From NCBI RefSeq assembly GCF_039654945.1, contig NW_027361705.1, forward strand, positions 16,864,001 to 16,928,000: a stretch of 64,000 bases of DNA, written 5' to 3'. This DNA is from Dendrobates tinctorius. Lineage: Eukaryota. Below the pieces are notes generated by a model that made no database searches, was not told the DNA's origin, and was given only the letters and a program-made list of their open reading frames with translations. The position numbers were made by a program, and so were the translations under genes. Positions 40,495-52,465 of this stretch are shown one piece after another; the first letter of the stretch is position 1, and each line of letters starts with the position of its first letter.

Positions 40495-40645
40495 AGCCAA
40501 TCAGGATCCACGGACACTGTGGGCAACGTAATGACATAGGCAGGGGTCACCACCATCTTTCAGAAGGGCATGCAAGTGATTGGCTTGCTTTGGTGGGCGT
40601 CACAGGGGGTATAAAAGGGCGTGCACGCCGACCGCCATCTTACTT
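40495..40645 (+). promoter_or_regulatory. Putative Pol II promoter of the hAT transposase
   Basis: CCAAT (~40497), ATTGG (~40579), TATAAAA (40610-40616) and GCCATCTT about 25 nt downstream. Confidence 0.5.
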
Positions 40646-40708
40646 CTGCCGATCTCAGTATAGGGAGAGGTTGCTGCTGATTCTGTAGGGAGAGCGTTAG
40701 GCAGGGAA

Positions 40709-41121
40709 GAAGAAAAAAAAACTGCTTCTGCTGCTAGCGATTGGTGTGCACAACACACCAGTCACTGTGTGTGCAGTGCAAGGGGAGGCTATATAGTGGT
40801 GTATCAGTGATGTTGGTTGTTGGGCTGCCTTCTAAGGCTTCCTGACATTCCTGCATTGCTGTTTACCCACTGCTCCGCAAACTGCTTTTTTAAAAGCAAT
40901 CCCAATTTTTTTTTTTGTCCTGCTGAGAAGAAAAAAAAACTGCTTCTGCTGCTAGCAATTTGGCCTGCACAACACACCAGTCACTGTGTGTGCAGTGCAA
41001 GGGGAGGCTATATTGTGGTGTATCAGTGGTGTTGGTTGTTGGGCTGCCTTTTAAGGCTTCCTGACAGGCTGGCATTGCTGTTTACCCACTGCTCTGCAAA
41101 CTGCTTTTTTAAAAGCAGTCC
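40709..41121 (+). repeat. ~219-bp tandem duplication in the hAT 5' region
   Basis: gaagaaaaaaaaactgcttctgctgctagc...aactgctttttaaaagca occurs twice. Confidence 0.85.
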
Positions 41122-43080
41122 AATCTCCCTTATCCTCTAGTCACTTTTGTAACAGCTGTGCCATCGAGCCTGTCACATAGCGCTCAGATATTCATTGGGC
41201 CTCACACAATCCAAAAGTGTCCAGTGTCCAAAAGTGTGTGCAGAGATTCAAAATCTCCCTTATCCTCTAGTCACTTTTGTCACAGCTGTGCCATCGAGCC
41301 TGTCACATAGTGCTCAGATATTCATTGGGCCTCACACAATCCAAAAGTGTCCAGTGTCCAAAAGTGTGTGCAGAGATTCAAAATCTCCCTTATCCTCTAG
41401 TCACTTTTGTCACAGCTGTGCCATCGAGCCTGTCACATAGCGCTCAGATATTCATTGGGCCTCACACAATCCAAAAGTGTCCAGTGTCCAAAAGTGAGTG
41501 CAGAGATTCAAAATCTCCCTTATCCTCTAGTCACTTTTGTCACAGCTGTGCCATCGAGCCTGTCACATAGCGCTCAGATATTCATTGGGCCTCACAAAAT
41601 CCAAAAGTGTCCAGTGTCCAAAAGTGTGTGCAGAGATTCAAAATCTCCCTTATCCTCTAGTCACTTTTGTCACAGCTGTGCCATCGAGCCTGTCACATAG
41701 CGCTCAGATATTCATTGGGCCTCACACAATCCAAAAGTGTCCAGTGTCCAAAAGTGAGTGCAGAGATTCAAAAACTCCCTTATCCTCTAGTCACTTTTGT
41801 CACAGCTGTGCCATCGAGCCTGTCACATAGCGCTCAGATATTCATTGGGCCTCACACAATCCAAAAGTGTCCAGTGTCCAAAAGTGTGTGCAGAGATTCA
41901 AAATCTCCCTTATCCTCTAGTCACTTTTGTCACAGCTGTGCCATCGAGCCTGTCACATAGCGATCAGATATTCATTGGGCCTTACACAATCCAAAAGTGT
42001 CCAGTGTCCAAAAGTGTGTGCAGAGATTCAAAATCTCCCTTATCCTCTAGTCACTTTTGTCACAGCTGTGCCATCGAGCCTGTCACATAGCGCTCAGATA
42101 TTCATTGGGCCTCACACAATCCAAAAGTGTCCAGTGTCCAAAAGTGTGTGCAGAGATTCAAAATCTCCCTTATCCTCTAGTCACTTTTGTCACAGCTGTG
42201 CCATCGAGCCTGTCACATAGCGCTCAGATATTCATTGGGCCTCACACAATCCAAAAGTGTCCAGTGTCCAAAAGTGTGTGCAGAGATTCAAAATCTCCCT
42301 TATCCTCTAGTCACTTTTGTCACAGCTGTGCCATCGAGCCTGTCACATAGCGATCAGATATTCATTGGGCCTTACACAATCCAAAAGTGTCCAGTGTCCA
42401 AAAGTGTGTGCAGAGATTCAAAATCTCCCTTATCCTCTAGTCACTTTTGTCACAGCTGTGCCATCGAGCTTGTCACATAGCGCTCAGATATTCATTGGGC
42501 CTCACACAATCCAAAAGTGTCCAGTGTCCAAAAGTGTGTGCAGAGATTCAAAATCTCCCTTATCCTCTAGTCACTTTTGTCACAGCTGTGCCATCGAGCC
42601 TGTCACATAGCGCTCAGATATTCATTGGGCCTCACACAATCCAAAAGTGTCCAGTGTCCAAAAGTGTGTGCAGAGATTCAAAATCTCCCTTATCCTCTAG
42701 TCACTTTTGTCACAGCTGTGCCATCGAGCCTGTCACATAGCGCTCAGATATTCATTGGGCCTCACACAATCCAAAAGTGTCCAGTGTCCAAAAGTGAGTG
42801 CAGAGATTCAAAATCTCCCTTATCCTCTAGTCACTTTTGTCACAGCTGTACCATCAAGCCTGTCACATAGCGCTCAGATATTCATTGGGCCTCACACAAT
42901 CCAAAAGTGTCCAGTGTCCAAAAGTGAGTGCAGAGATTCAAAATCTCCCTTATCCTCTAGTCACTTTTGTCACAGCTGTGCCATCGAGCCTGTCACATAG
43001 CGCTCAGATATTCATTGGGCCTCACACAATCCAAAAGTGTCCAGTGTCCACAAGTGTCTGCAGAAATTCAAAATCTCCCC
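41122..43080 (+). repeat. 130-bp tandem array, ~15 near-identical units
   Basis: Unit aatctcccttatcctctagtcac...gcagagattcaa. The ORF track repeats with period 130. Confidence 0.97.
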
Positions 43081-43155
43081 TGTCCTATAGACACCTTGTA
43101 CCTTGTTTTACATTACTATATAGTTTGTTGGATTTTGTCTACATTTCTACCAAAA

Positions 43156-46100
43156 TTGAGGAAGGCTGGTGGAAGAGGCCGTGGAATTGGGCGGGGGTTG
43201 GCAGCTGGTAATGATGGTGTTGGTGGTGGATCTGATGGTAGTGGCAAGAGCAAAATAGGACCGAATGCAGGAGGTGTTGAGCCTGCGTCATCGTCTGGCT
43301 ACATAAGGCCTCGAACGCTTAGTTTTCTAGGAGTTGGCAAACCGCTTTTAAAGCCAGAGCATCAGGAAAAAGTTTTGTCTTACATTGCTGACTCAGCCTC
43401 CAGCTCTATCGCCTCCTCTTCTTCAGTTGTAAAAAGTAAAAGCACTGAGTCGTCATTGGAGGCTCATGTTCATGAACCACACCTTTCCTTGTGTCCTTCA
43501 CCCCAACCAAGATTGAAGGATGACGCAGGCCATACTACTGATTACTCCATGGAGCTGTTTTCACATACCATGCCTGGATTATCAAGTGAAATGGTGAATT
43601 ACCCAGGCCAAGATGAATCTGACATGGAGTGCACTGATGCACAGCCACTGATGGATGATTCTGCTGGTACATTCACTCAGAGCACTACATTGTCCTCGCA
43701 GTGTACAGAGCCAGATTCTGACCCTGATGAGACTCAGGTGCCCCTTCCCGCACACTATACCACCATACAGGGTGACACAGAGGAAGGTGCACATGACATA
43801 GAAGAGGAGGTGATGGATGACCCAGTTGTTGACCCAGATTGGCATCCATTGGGGGAAGAGGGTGCTGCTTCCAATAGCTCAGATGAGGAGCATTCACAGC
43901 AGACATCGACATCGCAACAGCTGTTATCTGGCAGGCCCGGAGCACTCCAAAGACAGGTTCCAAACATCAAAAGAGTTGCTGAACAGCTTGTCCAGAGGGT
44001 CAAAAGATCACAGCGTGCTAGGCCGCAAAATGTCTGCCAAAGTAGGAAGAGTGCAGTGTGGCACTTTTTTGACCAAAATCCTCATGATCAGGCCAAGGTT
44101 ATCTGTAAGAAGTGCGCAAAGACCTTTAGCCGAGGGAAAAATCAGAAAAATTTGAATACCAGTTGCATGCTTAGACATTTAACCAGCATGCACTTGCAAG
44201 CGTGGACACAACACCAAACCTCAAGTGCCACATGTGCAACTGATCACAACGAAGGTAGTCAGCAACGCTACATTGTTTCCCCCACTGTAAGCCCACCGGT
44301 TAGCACAGCAGCAAATGTTGAGGTGTCGTTGCAAGGCCACAGCAGTCAGGGAATCCCACTGTTATATCAACGAAAGACTGATTCTAGGCCATCAGAAAGA
44401 ACACCAACTCCATCACCATCATCAACCCTCTCTCAGTCCGCCCTGTCCACCGCTACTTCCACCATATGCAGCTCTCAAGTCCAGCTCACCCTCCCAGACA
44501 CTATGAGTAGGTCAAGAAAGTACTCAGTCTCTCATCCGCGTACACTGGGTTTGAACGCCCACATTGCCAAACTAATCTCGTTTGAGATGATGCCCTTTTG
44601 GTTGGTGGAAAGCACAGCTTTCCGCGAACTCATGGCCTATGCAGTACCACGCTATGACCTACCCAGTCGCCACTTCTTCTCTCGCAAAGCCATCCCAGCC
44701 CTCCACCATCATGTGAAAGACCGCATTGTCCATGCACTAAAGCAGTCAGTGAGCGGAAAGGTGCACCTCACAACTGATGCATGGTCCAGTCGGCATGGCC
44801 AGGGCCGTTACGTGTCCATCACTGCGCACTGGGTTAATGTGGTGGATGCAGGGTCCACAGGGGACAGCGGTGGTGGGACAGTGCTGCCTAGCCCACGGTA
44901 TAGGAAACAGTTGGCTGTAGGCATTTGACCCTCCTCCTCCTCCAGAAGCGAAAGCTCGTCCACAGAGCGCAGTCGTACGAGAACTCCATCTGCAGCTGCC
45001 ACTGTTGCACACGATGTGTCCCCCTATCGAGCAGCTAGTGGAAAGCGTCAGCAGGCTGTGTTGCAGATGATGTGTTTGGGCAACAGACACACCGCCGAGG
45101 TGCTGGCCGAGTACTTGAAGCGACAAACTGAGTCATGGCTGGGCAGTGTACATCTTGAGGCAGGCAAGGTAGTTAGTGATAACGGCCGTAATTTTGTGGC
45201 AGCCATAGCCCTTTGAAAACTCAGCCACATACCTTGCTTGGCTCACACCTTGAACCTGGTGGTGCAGTGCTTCCTCAAAAATTATCCGGAGTTAACAGCC
45301 CTGCTCCAGAAGGTGCGAAGACTGTGCGCGCACATCCGCCGGTCGCCTGTACACTCCGTTCGTATGCAGAAGCTGCAGCGATTGCTCCCCCTTCCCAACC
45401 ACCGCCTCATTATCGACATTGCAACAAGGTGGGACTCCACCCTGCACATGGTGGAGCGGCTGTGCGAGCAGAGGCAGGCCATAATGCATTTGTGGGAGGA
45501 TACATGGCCAGGCACTTTGAGAGCAGACATGGAGTTGACAGGTGTGCAGTGGTCGAAGCTGAAAGACCTCTGTAAAGTCCTTCAGTGTTTTGAGGAATGC
45601 ACACGGCTGGTAAGCGCAGACGACGCCATCCTAAGCATGAGCATCCCACTTATGCGTCTGCTCATGCAAACTTTGACGCACCTTAAGGAGCAGGCGTCTG
45701 CAGCCAATGTTGATGAGGAGGAAGAGGAGGAGGGAATCCTTGATGACATTCAGCCATTGTCTGCTCAGGGACCTCTTCTGGACGAGGTGGAGGAAGAAGA
45801 GGAGGATGAGGATGATGATGGGGATGATTACTTAGGGGAGGAGGATGCATCTCGTGGGGCAAGTGAAAATGTTGGCGTGGCAAGGTCTGGTACAGGGTTT
45901 GTGCGTGACTGGAGGGATGTTGATTTGCCAGAAAGTGCTCCTCCACCCAGCACTCGCAGTGCATCATTGACACCGGGAACATTGGCCCACATGTCAGATT
46001 ATACCTTGCAGATCCTAAAAAGGGACCCCCGCATTGCCAAAATGATGAACGATGACGACTACTGGTTGGCCAGCATCCTGGATCCACGCTATAAAGGCAA

Positions 46101-46689
46101 ATTACAAAACATCATGCCACAGGAGAACCTTGACCTAATATTGGCTAATAAACAAGCAACTCTGGTAAATCGGTTGCTTGAGGCATTCCCAGCACACAGC
46201 AGCGGTGATGGTTCTCACACGAGCCGTACGGGCCGGGGGCAGCTTGGCAGAGGTGTTCGTGGTGCACACAGCAGAAGTGGCGTTGGAGACAGGGGTTTCA
46301 TGACAATGTTGTGGACTGATTTTTCAAATACCGCTCACACAACTGGTAATACTGCATCGATGGAAAGTGACAGGAGACAGCAGTTGTCAACTATGGTTAC
46401 AAACTACTTTTCCTCCCATATCGATGTTCTCCCACACAGGTTATTCCCCTTTGACTATTGGGCCGCTAAACTGGACACCTGGCCTGAATTGGCCCAATAT
46501 GCCTTACAGGAGCTCGCTTGCCCAGCTGCAAGTGTGCTATCGGAAAGAGTCTTCAGTGCAGCTGGATCAATCCTGACAGAAAAAAGGACCCGTCTGTCAA
46601 CCCAAAATGTGGATGATCTAACCTTCATTAAAATGAACCATGCATGGGTTTCCAAGGATTTTGTTCCACCTTCCCCTGATGACACATAG
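43156..46689 (+). pseudogene. hAT transposase (BED zinc finger, DDE core, dimerization domain; ZBED-like), ~1177 codons with two nonsense codons
   Basis: ORFs ending at 44928, 45216 and 46689 are all in one frame, with TGA at 44926 and 45214. Motifs SAVWHFF..CKKC..RHLTSMH, LTTDAWS, VSDNG, CLAH, TRWDS and CPAASVLSERVFSAAG. The start is inferred at a TTG (43156) that may be a mutated ATG. Confidence 0.93.
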
Positions 46690-46886
46690 GGTGACAGAAA
46701 AATGGCTTGCTTTGGTCCACCTCTTCCTGGGACTTCACCTATTTCGCCTTTTGCATCAGCTGAATGTCCAACATCAACATATGCCACTTTCTAAAACTCC
46801 CTAACTGTGCTGCCTCCCCCCCATGGCCGGGGTCACCACCTAGCGCACGACACCGTGCGAGTGCCGTTGCCCTGGACAGGTGGGTA

Positions 46887-47030
46887 GGCCGACTCTTGGG
46901 CGCGGGCACTGGCACAGGGTCCCTCATAGTGCAATCAAGTGTCTCTGACGGTGGTGGTGCACACCCGCCGTCAGACACACCGCTGTACTATGAGGGGCCC
47001 AGTGCCAGTACCGACGCCCACGAGTGGGCC
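46887..47030. other. Long imperfect hairpin downstream of the transposase stop
   Basis: ggccgactcttgggcg..actggcacagggtccctcatagtgca..gtgtctctgacgg pairs with ccgtcagacacac..tgtactatgaggggcccagtgccagt..cgcccacgagtgggcc. Confidence 0.8.
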
Positions 47031-47107
47031 CCCCTTGCTTGGGCAGGGCCCCAGCATTTGCAATCTTTACCTCTCCCTGCTCCTCCACTGTGTAATCTGG
47101 GCCATCA

Positions 47108-47994
47108 AATCCATACTGTGCCTGACACCGTCTTAGACTGCCTCCTGATGTATAGACATATATTTTGAATGTGTACGCTATCCATACATGTTATCCGGGG
47201 AAACGGTACCCTTTCTAACCTTTGTGCAATCACATGCAATCCATACTGGGCCTAACACCGTCTGAGCCTGCCTCCTGAGACATATATTTTGAATGTGTAC
47301 GCTATCCATACATGTTATCCGGGGAAACGGTACCCTTTCTAACCTTTGTGCAATCACGTGCAATCCATACTGGGCCTAACACCGTCTGAGCCTGCCTCCT
47401 GAGACATATATTTTGAATGTGTACGCTATCCATACATGTTATCTGGGGATACGGTACCCTTTCTAACCTTTGTGCAATCACGTGCAATCCATACTGGGCC
47501 TAACACCGTCTGAGCCTGCCTCCTGAGACATATATTTTGAATGTGTACGCTATCCATACATGTTATCTGGGGATACGGTACCCTTTCTAACCTTTGTGCA
47601 ATCACGTGCAATCCATACTGGGCCTAACACCATCTGAGCCTGCCTCCTGAGACATATATTTTGAATGTGTACGCTATCCATACATGTTATCCGGGGATAC
47701 GGTACCCTTTCTAACCTTTGTGCAATCACGTGCAATCCATACTGGGCCTAACACCGTCTGAGCCTGCCTCCTGAGACATATATTTTGAATGTGTACGCTA
47801 TCCATACATGTTATCTGGGGATACGGTACCCTTTCTAACCTTTGTGCAATCACGTGTAATCCATACTGGGCCTAACACCGTCTGAGCCTGCCTCCTGAGA
47901 CATATATTTTGAATGTGTACGCTATCCATACATGTTATCCGGGGATACGGTACCCTTTCTCACCTTTGTGCAATCACGTGTAATCCATACTGGG
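47108..47994 (+). repeat. 124-bp tandem array, ~7 units
   Basis: Unit aatccatactgggcctaacacc...tgtgcaatcacgtgc. ORF track period is 124. Confidence 0.96.
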
Positions 47995-48104
47995 CGTGAG
48001 AACGGCTGGCAAGCTGTTAAGCAAGCTACAGCACCTGTGGTTTGCACACGTAAGTTTTTCATTTTTTCAGGAATGACGGTTAGGCCTAATTCCGGAACTG
48101 CGGT

Positions 48105-48581
48105 TGACCTGCACTTACTGGGAAATCATTGTTCGCGGGTAATAATTGTAATCAGTGATCCCCATCACTAACGTTGTTCAGCGGGTTATCTGCACCTGTA
48201 AGCGACAAACGCTGGCCTTTTCAGTGTAGCGCACATGCAGTCACGGACATGTGAGGGCATGACACACCAGTTATTGGCCAATCTCATGTGCCAGAGCCTC
48301 ACGTGTCCCTCTAGTAAGCCGGACTCGGACCGCGGGGCATGACGGAGTCTCGTTCGTTAACGGAATTAAGCTTGCAATGTGTGCATCTGTTCTGTAGCTG
48401 GCATGGTTGAGGTTTCCCAGGTGGAGTCGAATTTAACCATAGGCTCCACTCCTGGTGGTGCCCTTCTGGACATTCCTTTAAGGTTCAGCTTTGCAACCAT
48501 ACTGCCCACATAAAACAAACACTTTGCCTTCATGAACGCTGTTTGGAGGGTCATGACTCGTGGGAATAACGCCGCCCAATC
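48105..48581 (-). pseudogene. Diverged 18S rRNA-derived fragment carried inside the hAT element
   Basis: Colinear blocks match the reverse complement of vertebrate 18S: tgacctgcacttactggga, gatccccatcac, tcagtgtagcgc, ggagtctcgttcgttaacggaattaa, tgaggtttccc, aggctccactcctggtggtgcccttc, ttcctttaaggttcagctttgcaaccatact, tgggaataacgccgcc. Confidence 0.9.
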
Positions 48582-48685
48582 AGTTAACCTGCTAGAGAGA
48601 TCCTTCGTTGCTCCCAAGCATGACATCACACTCCCTAGGAGGAAAGTAATGCCACTGTGGCGACCGTACTCCTGGGGGCGACACA

Positions 48686-48972
48686 AGTGCACTGATGCCC
48701 AGCCACTGCTCGATGAATCTGCTGGTACATTGACCCAGACCACTACATTCCCCTCGCATGCTACCCGGCCTGAATCTGACCCTGATGAAACTCAGGTTAC
48801 CCTTCCCATATACAGTTCCATCTTACACGGTGACAAAGAGGAAGCTGCAGATGAAAGTGCAGGTTCGGCCCACCCGCCATCAGACACACCACCGTACTAT
48901 CAGGGGCCCTGTGCCAGTGCCGTCGCCAACGAGTGGGCCCCCCCTGCTTGCTCAGGATCACAGCACTTGCAA
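48686..48972 (+). repeat. Diverged internal duplications: transposase segment (copy of 43628-43796) joined to a third copy of the hairpin arm (copy of ~46962-47063)
   Basis: CTDAQPLLDESAGTLTQTTT..SDPDETQV versus CTDAQPLMDDSAGTFTQSTT..SDPDETQV. It is followed by cacccgccatcagacacacc...gagtgggccccccc. Confidence 0.88.
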
Positions 48973-50151
48973 GGTTGAAATACTGTGCAGTGAGATGGAA
49001 GATGGGGAGTCCAGACTAGTACAGGGATTCCCTAGCGAGGAGACTTATTTGATTGTTTTCAATGTTGGGACAGCAATTTTTGGGGAGCACTATACTCTGG
49101 AGAATGATAGATGGGGCCCACCATACACTGGAACATTCCAAAGGTGGACATCAGACACTGGAGCAGCATTTACAGGGCCCATTATACACTAGAGCATTAG
49201 AAATGGGGCCCATTATGTTTGGAGCATTATTTGGGCCCATAAGACAGTGGAGCTTCATCCATGGGGACCAACATATACTGTAGCATTATGTGGAGCTCAT
49301 CATATACTGTTTCAAACATTATATGGGACCAATGATTCTGTATGGAGAAATAGATGGGCCTCGTCATGAGATGTAAAAAGTGAAGTATTTTTCATTGTAC
49401 TATACCGCACTGCAGGTGTGTTTCCTGTCCTCCTCTCACTGCCGACGTTTATTCCCCATTGACTTACATTGGGTTTCGTGTTTCGGGACGACCCCGACTT
49501 TTCCCTATAATCGGACGATCTTGCTCGACCCGACTTTTGGAAAAGTCGGGTTTCACGAAACGAAACGTGACCCTAAAAAACCAAAAGTCGCTCAACTCTA
49601 GTTGTAATGCATTGTTTCAGCTCTTTTAGAGAACCTTTAAAGTCTAACCCTTACAGACTGCTATAAACCCATACTGTTCCTCTGTATGACAAATATGTAA
49701 ATCATTACATGCTATTTTCTCCTGAATTCACATGGGATTAGGAAAAAGATATAATTTCTATCATATTCCAATTCATGCCATATTCTGTTATGGAGCTATC
49801 ATCCTATGCCAACATTACTTCTATGGGATAATACAGCAAATCATGTGTATACAGCATCTCAAAGTTTCTACAGTTTTGTAATGCTTTAAAGGAGTTCTCC
49901 AATACCGGACAATCTCAGCAGAATCGCTTTAGAGCTCTATTTAAAATAAAAACAATAAACAGTGAAACTCGCCTCCTGCAGTCGCACCATTCCAGTGATG
50001 CCAGCGCCTTGTTTCCAGGTGCATCATTTGACACTGGGATGTCATAGGTCGACTGCAGCCAATGAGTGGCCATTTTTCTGCCATAGCTCATCAATATTCC
50101 ATCTGAGCGAACGTCCACTATGACAAAATAGTAAAGGCTGCAGCCATCCAT

Positions 50152-50999
50152 AACGTCTCCATTTTTCGCGATCTCGGGTTGTTTGAGGGCTTATTTTTTG
50201 CGTGCCGAGATGACATATTTAATGATACCATTTTGGTGCAGATACGATCTTTCGATCGCCCGTTATTGCATTTTAATGCAATGTCACGGCGACCAAAAAA
50301 AGTAATTCTGGCGTTTTGACTTTTTTTTCTCGCTATGCTGTTTAGAGATCAGGTTAATCCTTTTTTTTAATTGATAGATTCGGCGATTCTGTACATGGAG
50401 ATACCAAATATGTGTATGATTTTTTTTATTGCTTTACTTTGAATGGGGTGAAAGGGGGGTGATTTGAACTTTTATATTTTTTTTATCTTTTTTATATTTC
50501 TAAAAACATTTTTTTACTTTTGGTAAGCTTCAGTAGTCTCCATGGGAGACTGGAAGCTGCCACAACCTGATTGGCTCTGCTACATACAGGCGATGATCAC
50601 ATCGCCTCTATGTAGTAGAATAACTCACTTGTCATGAGCGCCGACCACCAGGTGGCAATCACAGCAAGCCGGTAGTGACAACCATAGAGGTCTCTAGGAG
50701 ACCTCTGGTTGTCATGCCAACAAACTGGTGACCAGCAATCACATGACAGGAGTCACCGGTGGGCGAATATCTGGCCCGATGGCCGAAAGCACGAGTTAAA
50801 TGCCGCTGTCAGCATTTAACAGTGGCATTTAATGAGTAAAAAGCGATTTAACACGATTACACCCGCTGCTATTCTGTTCACATTCTATTCTGGGCACAGC
50901 TCACATGTCGGGGGAAAGATGTGGGCTCACCGCTGGAGCCCGCATCAAAGGGAGGGAGTCCGACATCAGCATACTATTACACCTGATGTCAGAAATGGG
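50152..50999 (-). mobile_element. Fragment of the same TTAA-type element family as 17421-18775
   Basis: Reverse-complement homology to 17430-18350. Ends ...aatggg|ttaa. Confidence 0.6.
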
Positions 51000-51171
51000 T
51001 TAATACTTTGCACAGTAGATAAATAGGCACATAGCAAAGTTAAGCATGTTTCATGCTGGTACCAGAAATAGTGGACCAAAGAATGAAATACAGTAAAGAA
51101 GGTCATAGCACACTTGAAAATTTAACATATGACTATTTGCAATCAAAGAGAAAAACTGCACCATTGATGAC

Positions 51172-51432
51172 TAGAGATGAGTGAACCTAAACTTAAAAGT
51201 TCAGGGTTCTCACCGAACAGGTAGTGTATAGAGCTAAATGCCAAACATGGACTTCTCCCAGAAGTCTGTTGCAATGTTCGGAGTTGCGGGTGAAGTCCAG
51301 GAAGGAGAGAGAGATCCAAAGTTTGGGTGTCTCTTGTATTCAATGGAGTTTGAGTTCAGGTTCAAGTTCTGGTGAAGTTCTGGTGCCAGAACTGAACGTT
51401 AGACTAAACTTCCACAGGTCCTCTCATCCCTA
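51172..51432. mobile_element. Short hAT-type MITE
   Basis: tagagatgagtgaacct ... cctctcatcccta. 8-bp TSD ttgatgac / ttgacgac. Confidence 0.78.
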
Positions 51433-52465
51433 TTGACGACCTGTCTACAGAAAAGGTCACCAGTATGATATCAGTTGGGGTCCAACACCTGGCATAATTG
51501 TCTTTCACTGTCTTTGTTTTAGATAGCAACCAATTACAGATCAGTTTCCATTTTGTATTTTACACTTAATAAATATAACTGTTGCTGTAATTTGTTATTC
51601 AGATTTGTTATATTATTTGGATGGGTATATCAACATTGGTTTTTCATTTTTTGTAGTGCTTTTTCAAGCAGGTTCCATGCTGAACGCTCAAGAAAAATAC
51701 ACCATGTTCACATACCCTAAACCTGCTCTGGTAAAATGAGAACTGCTTTGTGAGTGGTTGCTATGGGCAACAAAGACAATTAGATTTACACAGTTTACAT
51801 CTACTAGAGATCGCTCAGTCTGGATCGTTTGCTTTGGTCTGCTTTGTAAACAGGCAACTAAACAATTGACCATCACTAAAGCCTCCCTCACACTAAGCGA
51901 GATCGCTATCGAGATCGCTGCTGAGTCACATGTTTTGTGACGAAACAGCGATCTCGCTGTGTGTGACACCTATCAGCGACCGGCCCCCCCGCAGGATATC
52001 GCTGATCGTGCTCTAATGTCCTGAGTCTTTTTTTGATCGTTGGACTCCCACTGGCCAGCAAGCATCACTGTGTGTGGCAGCGGGAGACCATCGATCAGCG
52101 AGGTCACAGTGCTGTAAGCAGATGCTGGGAGCTGGTATCCGAGGTAAACAGCGGGTAACTAAGCGCGCGCGTCGCTTAGTTACCCGCTGTGTACCCTGGA
52201 TACCAGTGTGCTCACGCTGGGAGCTGGTATCCAAGATAATTACCTGCTGTTTACCTTGGATACCAGCTCCCAGCGCGAGCTCGCTGGTATCCAGGGTACA
52301 CAACGAGTAACTAAGCGACGCATGCGCTTGTTACCTGCGTCGTCGCTGGTCCTGATTGCTAGTGAGATCTGCCTGTTTGACAGCTCACCAGCGATCATGT
52401 AGCGACACACCAGCAATCCTGCCAGGTCATATCATTGTCGGGATCGCTGGTGCGTCGCTTAGTGT

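Larger units (their letters stand above)
40335..49600 (+). mobile_element. Autonomous-type hAT (Ac-family) DNA transposon, 9.27 kb
   Basis: 13-bp TIR TAGAGTTGAGCGA / TCGCTCAACTCTA. Perfect 8-bp TSD GTTGTAAT (40327-40334, 49601-49608). Repeated subterminal CGACTT/AAAGTCG motifs at both ends. Internal transposase gene. Confidence 0.96.

Noticed and set aside
41122-43080. CRISPR-like array (also 47108-47994 and 33400-33870)
   Set aside because: Units are repeated in full with no unique spacers, there are no cas genes, and the context is eukaryotic.
41195-43155. Series of 97-aa ORFs and the N-terminal extension of the 653-aa ORF
   Set aside because: Artefacts of the 130-bp tandem array starting at TTG codons.
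48025-48050. 5S rRNA-like match (agctacagcacctg) upstream of the 18S fragment
   Set aside because: Too short to distinguish from chance by eye. Worth including in the Rfam scan but not called.
48105-48581. Functional 18S rRNA gene or rDNA unit
   Set aside because: Partial, heavily substituted and deleted, with no ITS, 5.8S or 28S, and located inside transposon TIRs.
48595-48680. Short resemblances to 28S (gagagatccttcgttgctccc) and SSU (gcgaccgtactcc) antisense sequence
   Set aside because: Matches of 13-20 nt only, with no colinear extension.
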